From contig CASEKF010000019.1 in assembly GCA_949288455.1 (NCBI GenBank), positions 5,940-69,939 of the forward strand: DNA of 64,000 nucleotides, written 5' to 3'. The position numbers and the translations under genes are program-made. Source of the DNA: an uncultured bacterium (GTDB lineage Bacteria; Vulcanimicrobiota; CADAWZ01). Shown here piece by piece: positions 46,162 to 55,551 of the stretch. Within the stretch, counting starts at the first letter, position 1, and every line of letters starts with the position of its first letter. The notes beneath the pieces are model-generated. The model was not told the DNA's origin. It saw nothing but the letters and a program-made list of their open reading frames with translations, and ran no database searches.

Positions 46162-47337
46162 GTGAGATATATAATAATCGGTTGCGGAACAGCCGGAAGT
46201 TCCGCTGCGGAACAAATCAGAAAAAACGACCCGGAAGGAGAGATAAATATCTTTACTAAAGAAAATTATCCTCTCTATTACAGGCCAGGATTAACGGAAA
46301 TCATCGCCGGTAACGCTTCCGCAGATAAAATTATACTTAAAAAGCAAGAATGGTACGAGACAAAAAATATAAATCTTCACAAAGATATTTTTATAAAACG
46401 CGTAGATCCGGTCAAAAAATTAATATTTTCCGAGAACGAAAGTTATTCTTTCGATAAACTCCTACTGGCCTGCGGAGCCGAATGCCGTATTCCTCCTATT
46501 CCTAACTGCGAAGCCGCGGCCGATAAAATTTATACGCTCCGAGAACTAAACGACGCGAACAATATTCTTAACGCCGTTAAAAACAAAGAAAACGTATTAA
46601 TTATGGGAGGCGGCTTGCTAGGAATAGAAACGGCTTACGGTTTAGCGCAAAAAGGCTGTAAAACGTTAATATGCGAATATTCGAAATGCCTTCTTTCACG
46701 ACAATTATCAGAAGACGCAAGCAGAATATTGCAAAATTTAATTTCCGAAAAAGGAATTCAAATCAAAACCGGCTCCGGCTTAAGCAAAATTGAACGAAAC
46801 GGCGATAAATTAACAATAACCCTAACCGACGGAGACTCGTTCGACGCTAAAATAATAATAGTTTCGGCAGGAATAAACCCCAGAAAATTTTTAGCGGAGC
46901 AAGCCGGACTTAAAACTAATAGAGGAATAATCGTCGACTCTTGTATGAGAACTTCGATCGAAGACGTCTACGCGGCCGGCGACGCGGCGGAATATTCAGG
47001 CGAAATTCAGGGATTATGGACTATAGCGTCGGAACAGGGAAAAATTGCCGGAAACAATATGAGCGGCATCGCTAAAAAGTACGTTCCCGTCGTCGCCTCC
47101 CATAAATTGAAAACAGCCGGAATCGAATTAGTATCGATAGGCGGAGCGTCCGAATCATGCGATAGTCAGACAATTTATAAGACTAATACGAAAACTTTTC
47201 TTAAAGCCTTTATAAAAGAAGGCATAATTCAAGGAGCATGCATGATCGGAGAAACGGATAAATACAGAGAAATTGAAAAAGCTATTAAAAATAAAATGTC
47301 TTTTAATTCCGTAAAGGACGTTTTTACTTTAAAGTAA
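46162..47337 (+). CDS. NAD(P)/FAD-dependent oxidoreductase (rubredoxin/nitrite reductase-like)
   Basis: IIGCGTAG, MGGGLLGIE, TSIEDVYAAGD. Confidence 0.9.
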   Translation: MRYIIIGCGTAGSSAAEQIRKNDPEGEINIFTKENYPLYYRPGLTEIIAGNASADKIILKKQEWYETKNINLHKDIFIKRVDPVKKLIFSENESYSFDKLLLACGAECRIPPIPNCEAAADKIYTLRELNDANNILNAVKNKENVLIMGGGLLGIETAYGLAQKGCKTLICEYSKCLLSRQLSEDASRILQNLISEKGIQIKTGSGLSKIERNGDKLTITLTDGDSFDAKIIIVSAGINPRKFLAEQAGLKTNRGIIVDSCMRTSIEDVYAAGDAAEYSGEIQGLWTIASEQGKIAGNNMSGIAKKYVPVVASHKLKTAGIELVSIGGASESCDSQTIYKTNTKTFLKAFIKEGIIQGACMIGETDKYREIEKAIKNKMSFNSVKDVFTLK

Positions 47338-47406
47338 AACGCAGAGTCTTCAATCGCTACGCGAATATAACATACAAGTTTTAAAATAAAAAATAAGGAG
47401 GACGGA

Positions 47407-48774
47407 ATGGCATTAAAAGTCTCATTCCCATTATTCCTTCAAACGCTCGGAGCGAGTCTTATTCTCACATTATTCAAACCGGCGTATGCGTTTACGAAAA
47501 TAGTAAAAACAATACAAACAAACGAAGGTCCGGTAGATAAAATCATTTTCGACGGATTTGATCCCGCTTGGTATCCTTTGGAACTTTTCATAGCGATAAC
47601 GTTGATCGTCGCTTTATATTTCTTTATAAAAGACTTTAATACAATAGTAACGCCGCCTAAAGAGCAAAAGCAAGACTGTTTTTACATTAAAGACTTACAA
47701 GGCGGCAACTTACCGAAAGATACCGGCGAGCCGAAGACTTCAATCTCTAACGGCATGATAAACGTAAGGAATACGGATCCTGATTTTTCGGCTATTCGGC
47801 TGATTAATCAAACCGACAAAATGTATTTGGCAAGCGTAGAATCAAGAACAAACTTGAACTGGAACGGCTTAAAATTTACGATTCCTTATAATCTATGTCT
47901 TAAAATGCAAAAAAGCAAAATTGATCTGTCTCAATCTACTCCCTTAGCTCCGGAACTTATCGATATTCAAAGCTATAATACCGGAGCTGAAAAAGCGGTT
48001 CTAAAATTTAAATCTTTGCTCAATAAAGAAGAGAACATTCAAGAAAACTCCATATACGAAGAAGTTTGGACATTTGAAAGATTCAAAGGAGCAACCTCTA
48101 AACATTCGCATGACATGTCGTCATGCCCTTCCTGCGGAAGTAAGGACGAACCGGATATGGACGGCCTATGTCCAAGCTGTCAAAAAAACGTATTAACCGG
48201 CAAGTTTGGCTGGACGCTTACGCAGATAGACTCTAAATATTCAACTTCAACCGAGGAGTACAAACCGCAATTATTTTTAAAAGCGACGGACACCTTGGAA
48301 AGAACCGTAATGCAAAATAAAATACAGCTTCAAAGAGACGCGCTCATCAAACAAAATCCTGCTTTTAACGAGGAAAAGCTAAAAGAAATCGCCGCTGAAA
48401 GCATCATGGGATATTATAACAACCTTATCGGCGATTCTCCGGTAAACGGCGGCATGGAAAATATATGCGACGAATTCTGTCTTAGAGATTTTTACTTAAG
48501 TCAATCTTTACTTAAAGACGAAAGAGATAAATTTCAAATAGCCGATATCAATATTATAGATATCAAAACGGTCAGGATCCTGCCCGATTCGTCTTTTACC
48601 GTAATAACCTTCAGAGTCATAGGTCAAATTAAATTAACTTCTAAACCCAAAACTTCCTCTAAACAGTCAGATACCAAAACGATTTTTTCGAATTACGTAA
48701 CGTTTGCGTCTCCAACAGGAGCCGAATCTTGGAAAATGTATTCGATCTCGAAAGACAACACATATATTCCGTAA
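47407..48774 (+). CDS. membrane protein with Tim44-like domain(s) and zinc ribbon
   Basis: Signal/TM N-terminus, DPDFS, EEVWTFER (Tim44-like), CPSCG...CPSC, WTLTQI, second NPAFN unit. Confidence 0.65.
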   Translation: MALKVSFPLFLQTLGASLILTLFKPAYAFTKIVKTIQTNEGPVDKIIFDGFDPAWYPLELFIAITLIVALYFFIKDFNTIVTPPKEQKQDCFYIKDLQGGNLPKDTGEPKTSISNGMINVRNTDPDFSAIRLINQTDKMYLASVESRTNLNWNGLKFTIPYNLCLKMQKSKIDLSQSTPLAPELIDIQSYNTGAEKAVLKFKSLLNKEENIQENSIYEEVWTFERFKGATSKHSHDMSSCPSCGSKDEPDMDGLCPSCQKNVLTGKFGWTLTQIDSKYSTSTEEYKPQLFLKATDTLERTVMQNKIQLQRDALIKQNPAFNEEKLKEIAAESIMGYYNNLIGDSPVNGGMENICDEFCLRDFYLSQSLLKDERDKFQIADINIIDIKTVRILPDSSFTVITFRVIGQIKLTSKPKTSSKQSDTKTIFSNYVTFASPTGAESWKMYSISKDNTYIP

Positions 48775-48780
48775 AGGATC

Positions 48781-49296
48781 TTGCGTATGCTTAGAAAATA
48801 TATAACTACCGCCGTGGCGGTCACAGGCTTACTTGCAATAACGTTTTTATTTATGGCAAAAAGTTTAAAAACTTGGCAAGAAAATTCTTGGGCTACAACT
48901 ACGGGACGGATAATAAGCTCCGATATAACTAAATCGATAACTAAATCGACGGTAAGCGAAATGTCCGAACAAAGATATTGCCCTGCGATAACATACTCTT
49001 ACGCAGTTAAAGACAAAACCTATGAAAGCGCCATAATAGACGACACGGAAGAAATAATGACATTTTTAAACAGGCAAGAAGGTCTGAAGTTTGTGCGGCA
49101 ATATCCTATCGGTAAAGAAATTACGGTATACTATAAAAAATATAATCCTCAAATATCGGCCTTAAAAATTACGACTACGGAAAGACCTACGAGAATCGCA
49201 ATTTCAACCGTCTTATTTATTTTAGCCGTTTATATCTCGATAAGCGCCTTGTCTTCGGATAAAACAAAAAACGATTCGGTAAAATCGAAGACTTAA
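48781..49296 (+). CDS. DUF3592 domain membrane protein
   Basis: SWATTTGRIISS, ITYSYAV, YPIGKEITVYY, NPQISAL between two TMs. Confidence 0.85.
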   Translation: MRMLRKYITTAVAVTGLLAITFLFMAKSLKTWQENSWATTTGRIISSDITKSITKSTVSEMSEQRYCPAITYSYAVKDKTYESAIIDDTEEIMTFLNRQEGLKFVRQYPIGKEITVYYKKYNPQISALKITTTERPTRIAISTVLFILAVYISISALSSDKTKNDSVKSKT

Positions 49297-49553
49297 GCGA
49301 TAAAAAATCTGAAGAAATTTTCGCAAATACCGCGTCTCAATTAATTTCTTTGAAATTTCCATATACAAGAAATATACGGATTTAAATTATTAATTTAACT
49401 TCGCGGCGAAATCGACGCTAAACCTTACGACTTATAAAATCTAATTTAAGTCAAGCGCGCCACATAAAAAACGACGATTATAAAAGTTTACGGTTTTATT
49501 CATAAACGCTATCTGCCAAAAGATTAGAAAAAATATCTCGCAAAGCGTTTCTG

Positions 49554-51824
49554 TCATTTTTTATAACTTTTGATATTTATCTCTCCGTTTTTTAAAATAT
49601 CGGCCTCAATCGCTCCATGTTTGTCAGTAATAAAAACTAAAGCTCCAAGTTTTTCAAAAGACTCTACGACCTCCACGGACGCTTTTTCCCTGCCTCTTCC
49701 GGAAGATATTACCGCAACTTTGGGCATAACCGCTCTCAAAAATAATTTTCCGGAGGAAGTCGAACTGCCGTGGTGCGCGACTTTTATAATATCTGCCTTA
49801 ATACTTTTATCGCGGTCAAGAATATCTAACTCAGCTTCTTTTTCAATATCTCCGCAAAATAAAACGCTTGCGTTAAAATATGAAAGTTTTAATACTAGAG
49901 AAAGGTTATTTTTAGACGAATATCTATATGAAGACTCGGGATGGATCGCTTCTAAAGACACGCTCTCGGAAATTTGAATAACTGTTCCGGCGGAAATCGT
50001 CTCAAATTTATGGGCATGAGAAAAATATTCCGATACGAAAACTCTATTGATTTTAATTTTGTCGCTAAGAGATTTAAAACCGCCGATATGATCCTCATGC
50101 TCATGCGTCAAAAAAACATAATCTAACTCGGAAATTCCCGACTTCAAAAGAAAAGAAGCTATAATTTCTTTTCCGGCGTCTATACCTCCGGATTCCCCGG
50201 AAGTTCCGGCGTCTATCAAAATTTTTTTATTTTCAGGAGCGACGACTAAACAAGCGTCCGCAGAACCTACGTCGAAAAAAATAATTTTTAGATTTCCGTC
50301 TGATAAATTTCTTGGAAAAATAAATAATAAAATAAACAATACGGGGGGCGCAAACGGAACGAATATGCCCACGATATCTTTAAATTTTTGAAGCGCCAAA
50401 TATAATACGGCATAATAAGATAATAGAATATGTATAGAAGGAGCGCATACGGGAAAACAGGAAAAAGACAATCCGGCAAGATATTTTAATATTCCAATCA
50501 GGCAAAATGAAAGGAAATCCGTTCCATACCCTATAATAAAAGCGATATCTCGAAACAAGACGGAAAAAAGACTTTCAATCATCCCCAAAGAAAGAATTAA
50601 AACGGCAATAGGAGCGGCGGCTATATTCGATATAGAAGAAACCGCGCTCCATTGACAAAAATAAAAAGCGCATAGCGGAGCCGTCAAAACTTCGACTGAC
50701 ATAGTCGCTAAAAAAGCTTCTAAAAATATACGGCTAAAATTAGGGAACGCCACGATAGCAGGCTGAAAAAACACGCAGTATAAATAAATTCCAACAACTG
50801 CCAAAACGCTCAATTGAAAACCGCAGTCAAGAACTACGGCAGGATCGGCGCAAATCATCACCAAAGCGGCCGCGGAGAGGGACGAAAGAAGATCGTAATC
50901 TTTATTGCAAAAAGAAGCGACTACGGAAACGGAAAACATCAAAGCGGCCCTAACAATACTGGCTGACGCATCGGCAATGAATACGTATAAACATATTAAG
51001 ATTAAAGATACCAAAAAAGACAAAGTTTTTTTTATCTTTAATCTCCCCAGCGCAAAAAAACAAATCGAGGCTATGACCGACACGTTAAAACCCGAAGCGG
51101 CAAGCAGATGCATAGCGCCGGTCTTCTTAAATACTTCAGTAAGCTCGTCTGAAAAAAAAGTTTTGTCGCCAAATAAACAGCCTACGATAACGGCGGCAGA
51201 CCGATCTCCATGCCGAATAAGAAAATATTCTAAAAGTTTAGATTTTATAAAAACGGCACAAGACCTTATCGAATCGATTTTACCTTCAGACGACGATAAA
51301 ATCTCGGGGCGAGTCAATTTGTAATAAAACCCTTTTAAAGCCATATAATCCGAATAAGAAAAAGACTCCGGATTCTTAAAAGAATTTATCTCCTCCAGCC
51401 TGCCTTTAAGCGTTAAAAAAGAATTAACAGATAGTCTTTCTTGTTTTTTTGAAAAATATACGAGGATTTTAAATTTTTTAGCAAAAATCTTATCTCCGCA
51501 GGAAGCCTTTAACGATTCAAATTCTAAGGATTCACCGTAATCGAATTCCGTTTTTTTTAAAACTTTGCCTTGAAAAACGGTATCAGAATAAGAGAAACAG
51601 GACAATTCGCTCTTTAAAGAATTAGCTTCGGAAATATTCGCGAAAGCGTAAAAATAACCCGGAACGGCAAAAATTGAACAAGAAAAAACTATGCGAAAAT
51701 TACGGCTTCGCATAAATAAAAATACGATAAATAAAAGAAAAAAAAGGAAAACCGCAGCGTTTAGAGTAAAGCGATAAACGACGCCGATCGCAAAGGCAAT
51801 TACGCAAGGCGGCAAAAATCTCAT
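49554..51824 (-). CDS. comEC: DNA internalization competence protein ComEC/Rec2
   Basis: HLLAASGFNV, SIVRA, GFQLS, FFDVG, THEHEDHIGG (MBL domain), KVAHHGS. Confidence 0.95.
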   Translation of the reverse strand: MRFLPPCVIAFAIGVVYRFTLNAAVFLFFLLFIVFLFMRSRNFRIVFSCSIFAVPGYFYAFANISEANSLKSELSCFSYSDTVFQGKVLKKTEFDYGESLEFESLKASCGDKIFAKKFKILVYFSKKQERLSVNSFLTLKGRLEEINSFKNPESFSYSDYMALKGFYYKLTRPEILSSSEGKIDSIRSCAVFIKSKLLEYFLIRHGDRSAAVIVGCLFGDKTFFSDELTEVFKKTGAMHLLAASGFNVSVIASICFFALGRLKIKKTLSFLVSLILICLYVFIADASASIVRAALMFSVSVVASFCNKDYDLLSSLSAAALVMICADPAVVLDCGFQLSVLAVVGIYLYCVFFQPAIVAFPNFSRIFLEAFLATMSVEVLTAPLCAFYFCQWSAVSSISNIAAAPIAVLILSLGMIESLFSVLFRDIAFIIGYGTDFLSFCLIGILKYLAGLSFSCFPVCAPSIHILLSYYAVLYLALQKFKDIVGIFVPFAPPVLFILLFIFPRNLSDGNLKIIFFDVGSADACLVVAPENKKILIDAGTSGESGGIDAGKEIIASFLLKSGISELDYVFLTHEHEDHIGGFKSLSDKIKINRVFVSEYFSHAHKFETISAGTVIQISESVSLEAIHPESSYRYSSKNNLSLVLKLSYFNASVLFCGDIEKEAELDILDRDKSIKADIIKVAHHGSSTSSGKLFLRAVMPKVAVISSGRGREKASVEVVESFEKLGALVFITDKHGAIEADILKNGEINIKSYKK

Positions 51825-51946
51825 AACACCTCCCCGAATTAACTCGGGGATATTTTAACTCAAAAAACTAAATATTTTTATTCTTAAATATTTCTAAATT
51901 GTAAAATATAAAATTTTTTTTTCCACAGAATAAGAAAGAAAAAATT

Positions 51947-52699
51947 ATGACAGACGTTTTTTCAAGAACAGAACTTTTGCTTGGGAACGAACTATTTCAA
52001 AAATTACGAAATAAAAAAATAGTTATTTTCGGACTAGGAGGCGTAGGCGGAGCCGTCTGCGAAGGAATCGCGAGATTAGGAATAAGCAACCTGGCTCTAT
52101 TTGATTTTGATATAATTCAACCTAGCAATCTGAACAGACTGATAAGCGCAGATGGGAACGACGTAGGCAAAATGAAAACTCAAGCGGCGAAAGAAAGGAC
52201 GCTTTCTATAAATCCGGACGCAAAAATAGAAATTTTCAACGAATTTATCGACGGAGAAAACTACGAAGACACTATAGCGCAAATATCGCCCGACTTTATA
52301 GTCGACGCAATAGACAGTCTTAACCCAAAAATAAAAACGCTAAAAAAACTGGCTAGGGGCAAAATAAAATTTATCTCGTCTATGGGAGCGGGAGGAAGAA
52401 TGGATCCAAGCCAAGTTAGAATAGGAGCTCTAAGCGACGTAAAAGGCTGCGGACTAGCCTCAAGAATAAAACGAGTTCTTCGCAACGACGGCATAGATAT
52501 ATCCAAAATAAAAACCGCATATTCTGAAGAAACTCCCGTTAAGCCGTTCCCGGCTCAAAAAAACGACTCTCCGCAAAGAGGAAGAACGAGAGGGACTCAA
52601 GCCAGCTGTATTACCGTACCCGTAACTTTCGGTATGTTCATAGCGCACTATATATTAGCTGAACTTATAAAAGACTGCAAAAATACTGCGCAACTATAA
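51947..52699 (+). CDS. tcdA: ThiF-family tRNA threonylcarbamoyladenosine dehydratase
   Basis: FSRTELLLG, GLGGVG, SNLNR, VDAIDS, SSMGAG, YSEE. Confidence 0.88.
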   Translation: MTDVFSRTELLLGNELFQKLRNKKIVIFGLGGVGGAVCEGIARLGISNLALFDFDIIQPSNLNRLISADGNDVGKMKTQAAKERTLSINPDAKIEIFNEFIDGENYEDTIAQISPDFIVDAIDSLNPKIKTLKKLARGKIKFISSMGAGGRMDPSQVRIGALSDVKGCGLASRIKRVLRNDGIDISKIKTAYSEETPVKPFPAQKNDSPQRGRTRGTQASCITVPVTFGMFIAHYILAELIKDCKNTAQL

Positions 52700-52759
52700 C
52701 CGAGACTACCTTGCAATAGAGCTGAAATCTAGAAATGCGCAAATATGCTTAGCGGGAAA

Positions 52760-53419
52760 CTAAATTAATAACTTTTCCAGTTTATCCGTCAGTTCCTTAA
52801 ACGAATCTGCCGAGATATCTGAAGACAATTCCCCGGAAGTTCTATATCCGTATGTGACAAGAACAGTTTTAGCTCCCGCGTTTTTACCGGTTTGAAGATC
52901 GACGCGTCCGTCTCCTATCATAAAAGTTTTTGAAATAGGAATCCCGGAACTCTTGCTCATCCAAATAACAGCCGCAGGATCAGGCTTCATAGGAAAACCT
53001 CCTTCGGCTCCGACAATATAATCAAAATATCGTCTTATATCCAGAATATCTAAAACCTTTTCTGTCAACGCCTGAAGTTTGTTAGTTATAATGCCTGTCG
53101 TAAAACCTAATTCATAAAGCTTTTTCAAGCCGTCGCATACCCCGTCATACAACTTTGTTTTATTAACCGGATGTTCGTAATAATAATCTGCCGCAATTTC
53201 TCCGGCGGCGCGTTCGTCTATATTTTCCGCTCCCGCTTCTTTTAAAGCGGAAGAAGCCGTTTTAAAAATTCCATGACCTATAATCTCGGCGACTCTTTTT
53301 TCAGTTAATTCAGAAAGATTATAAGTTCTAAGCATATGATTCACCGCGGCGGCTATGTCGTTTCTTGAATCGATAAGAGTGCCGTCAAGATCAAAGCATA
53401 AAAGATATCCGTTTTTCAT
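52760..53419 (-). CDS. HAD-family phosphatase (phosphoglycolate phosphatase-like)
   Basis: FDLDGTLIDS, ITNK, KPDP, IGDGRVD; start ATG 53419. Confidence 0.88.
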   Translation of the reverse strand: MKNGYLLCFDLDGTLIDSRNDIAAAVNHMLRTYNLSELTEKRVAEIIGHGIFKTASSALKEAGAENIDERAAGEIAADYYYEHPVNKTKLYDGVCDGLKKLYELGFTTGIITNKLQALTEKVLDILDIRRYFDYIVGAEGGFPMKPDPAAVIWMSKSSGIPISKTFMIGDGRVDLQTGKNAGAKTVLVTYGYRTSGELSSDISADSFKELTDKLEKLLI

Positions 53420-53557
53420 TATATCCCTCAAAATACTAAATAAACGACTTGCAGACCGCCCCATAGAGGCGATCTGCAAAATATTAATTTCAATTTCTTA
53501 ACTTATACGAAAAGATACAAACTTTCGTACCCGTTATTTTTCAGATAAACGGTAAAA

Positions 53558-54379
53558 TTACTCCTCGCGCGGCAGCATAGCTACGATTCGGCACTGAGAA
53601 GACTCAAATTCCATTCCGTTTAACGGGAAACAACCTATCCAACAACGTTTATTGCTCAACTTGTCAATTTCTCCGCCAAGATTCTCCGCATGAACTATTC
53701 CTTTTGGGAAAAGCTTTAAATGCATAACTTGATAAAATTCCTCCGGCGGAAACATTTCATCCCATGATTTACCATAATTGGCCTTAAGTTTAGCTTCCGC
53801 TTCATTAAAGCGTTCAGGATGCCAATTCCTAATAATGGTGTTCATAGGATGATCGGCGCTACCGCATTCTACTCCAATCCACTTAAAATTCATATCTATA
53901 GCCCAATCGGCAAAATCGGGACTGGGACCGGGATGTTTAACAAAATATCTTACTTCGTCGCATTCTTTTTCATTCCAAGCGTAACGATGATATCCGGTAT
54001 TTATAATAATAATATCGCCCTTTCTAATATCCGCTTTTTTCATCAAAAGCTCAGGAGAGTAAAGATCATAATCCCCTACTTCGTCCGAAATATCCACTAC
54101 GACGCCTCGTCCAATCCATTCGTTTATAGGAACCTGGCCAATAGTCCTTCCCGCGCTGTAAAAATGAATCTCGCCGTCCATATGCGTTCCAACATGGTGA
54201 CTCATCGTTATTGTCTGACCGTTCGCTCCTTGCCCCATATGAGCTCCGGCAATCCTTTTAAAATACTGAACGGATAAAGGAATATAACTAGGCCACGGAG
54301 GAGTATGCACGCTCAAAGGCTGCGTCAAATCATAAACGTTGACATTGTCCATAAAATTCAAAAAATCGTTTGTATTCAC
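53558..54379 (-). CDS. cyclase-family metal-dependent hydrolase (kynurenine formamidase-like)
   Basis: YDLTQPL, HVGTHMDG (HxGTHxD), GDIIIINTG, HAENL; GTG start at 54379 after GGAGG. Confidence 0.88.
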   Translation of the reverse strand: MNTNDFLNFMDNVNVYDLTQPLSVHTPPWPSYIPLSVQYFKRIAGAHMGQGANGQTITMSHHVGTHMDGEIHFYSAGRTIGQVPINEWIGRGVVVDISDEVGDYDLYSPELLMKKADIRKGDIIIINTGYHRYAWNEKECDEVRYFVKHPGPSPDFADWAIDMNFKWIGVECGSADHPMNTIIRNWHPERFNEAEAKLKANYGKSWDEMFPPEEFYQVMHLKLFPKGIVHAENLGGEIDKLSNKRCWIGCFPLNGMEFESSQCRIVAMLPREE

Positions 54380-55102
54380 TAAAAACCTCCAGCTTAACAT
54401 AATTTGCCATAAGGAACCGCAAATTACGGAATAATAAAATATAACGACATACAATAAAAATATCTTAATTTCAAATCGATATATTTCATAAATTTTTTCT
54501 ATATTTCTAGAATTAATCCTTTTAGTTATAATCATAATCGTTTTCAATAAATAATAATCAAATAAATCTCTATATTTCAAGGATTAATAGCGACAAGCTC
54601 TCCGGACTAAAGAAGCATAAGCGAGTTATCCCAGCCTCCGCAATATTTCTAAGCTATTATTTTATTTGATTATTTCGATTATTTGAACTTTTTTCATTTC
54701 TGACAATTTTTACCGTTGTCTTGCCGACTTTTTCCGTCTCTCGATAATATATCTAACGCGGTTTGTTCCCGTTGCTTTCTTGGCACGCTTTGCGAAAAGA
54801 TAAATCTGAGTCCGGTGCTTGCGGTTATAAACGCCAAACCCGAATTTCATACTTGAACAGAATGATCGCTTAACGCTTTTCACTTGAAGTTTAAGTTATC
54901 GCCAGCATAAATATTTTGGTCTATGCTTGGATTTGACTTTCAAAAAAAACTGTTTGGGGATTATCGAGGACCTTTCCGTAAATTACTTATATTTCTTTTT
55001 CAGCAATATTGCTGCCGCGGCTTTTATCAGCGTTTATAAATTTACAAATTTCGCCGTTAATATGCGCTATAAGGAATTTTGCTGCCGAAAAATAAAAAAA
55101 TG

Positions 55103-55131
55103 TTGCCATCGGCTAACTAATAAAGTATAAT
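55103..55131 (+). promoter_or_regulatory. sigma70-type promoter
   Basis: TTGCCA (55103-55108)-N17-TATAAT (55126-55131). Confidence 0.6.
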
Positions 55132-55169
55132 ATGAGTATCATATAAGGAGGTATTAAAATTATAAGACT

Positions 55170-55424
55170 ATGAAATTCACAATAATAATAACGTTAATGA
55201 TATCTGTTCTGACTTTTTGCGCTCCAAGCGCTTTTGCTTGCTGCCATAACCATCATTCATATCCCACAAGAACAGAAAGAACTGAAAGAACGACGCAGAA
55301 CGAGTATTGCAGACAGTGCGGAACAGACAAATGCGTTTGTTATAAATACGACATAGACTGCAGAGAATGCTGTTCAAATAAATGCGTTTGCGCTAAAAAC
55401 GGCGTAGACTGCCAAAAACGCTGA
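55170..55424 (+). CDS. small secreted cysteine-rich protein
   Basis: Signal peptide ending AFA; 12 Cys in the ~61-aa mature part; has its own promoter and terminator. Confidence 0.75.
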   Translation: MKFTIIITLMISVLTFCAPSAFACCHNHHSYPTRTERTERTTQNEYCRQCGTDKCVCYKYDIDCRECCSNKCVCAKNGVDCQKR

Positions 55425-55463
55425 CAAATGAGATTATAAAATAAACTAAAAGATATTTATATT

Positions 55464-55515
55464 CATAATTAAAAATCCTGCGGATGCTCAAACATCAACA
55501 GGATTTTTAATTATG
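55464..55515. terminator. bidirectional terminator-like inverted repeat
   Basis: CATAATTAAAAATCCTG / CAGGATTTTTAATTATG 17-bp perfect arms plus an inner GATG/CATC stem, between convergent genes. Confidence 0.75.
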
Positions 55516-55551
55516 CTAAAATTTTATAATGCCTCGCGATTATGATATTTA

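Noticed and set aside
54380-54580. Long N-terminal extensions given by the ORF track (cyclase; also the S8 peptidase, leuS, RimK, sbcC, dacB, esterase and HAD genes)
   Set aside because: Downstream starts fit family N-termini better and mostly have an RBS; the extensions translate AT-rich intergenic DNA.
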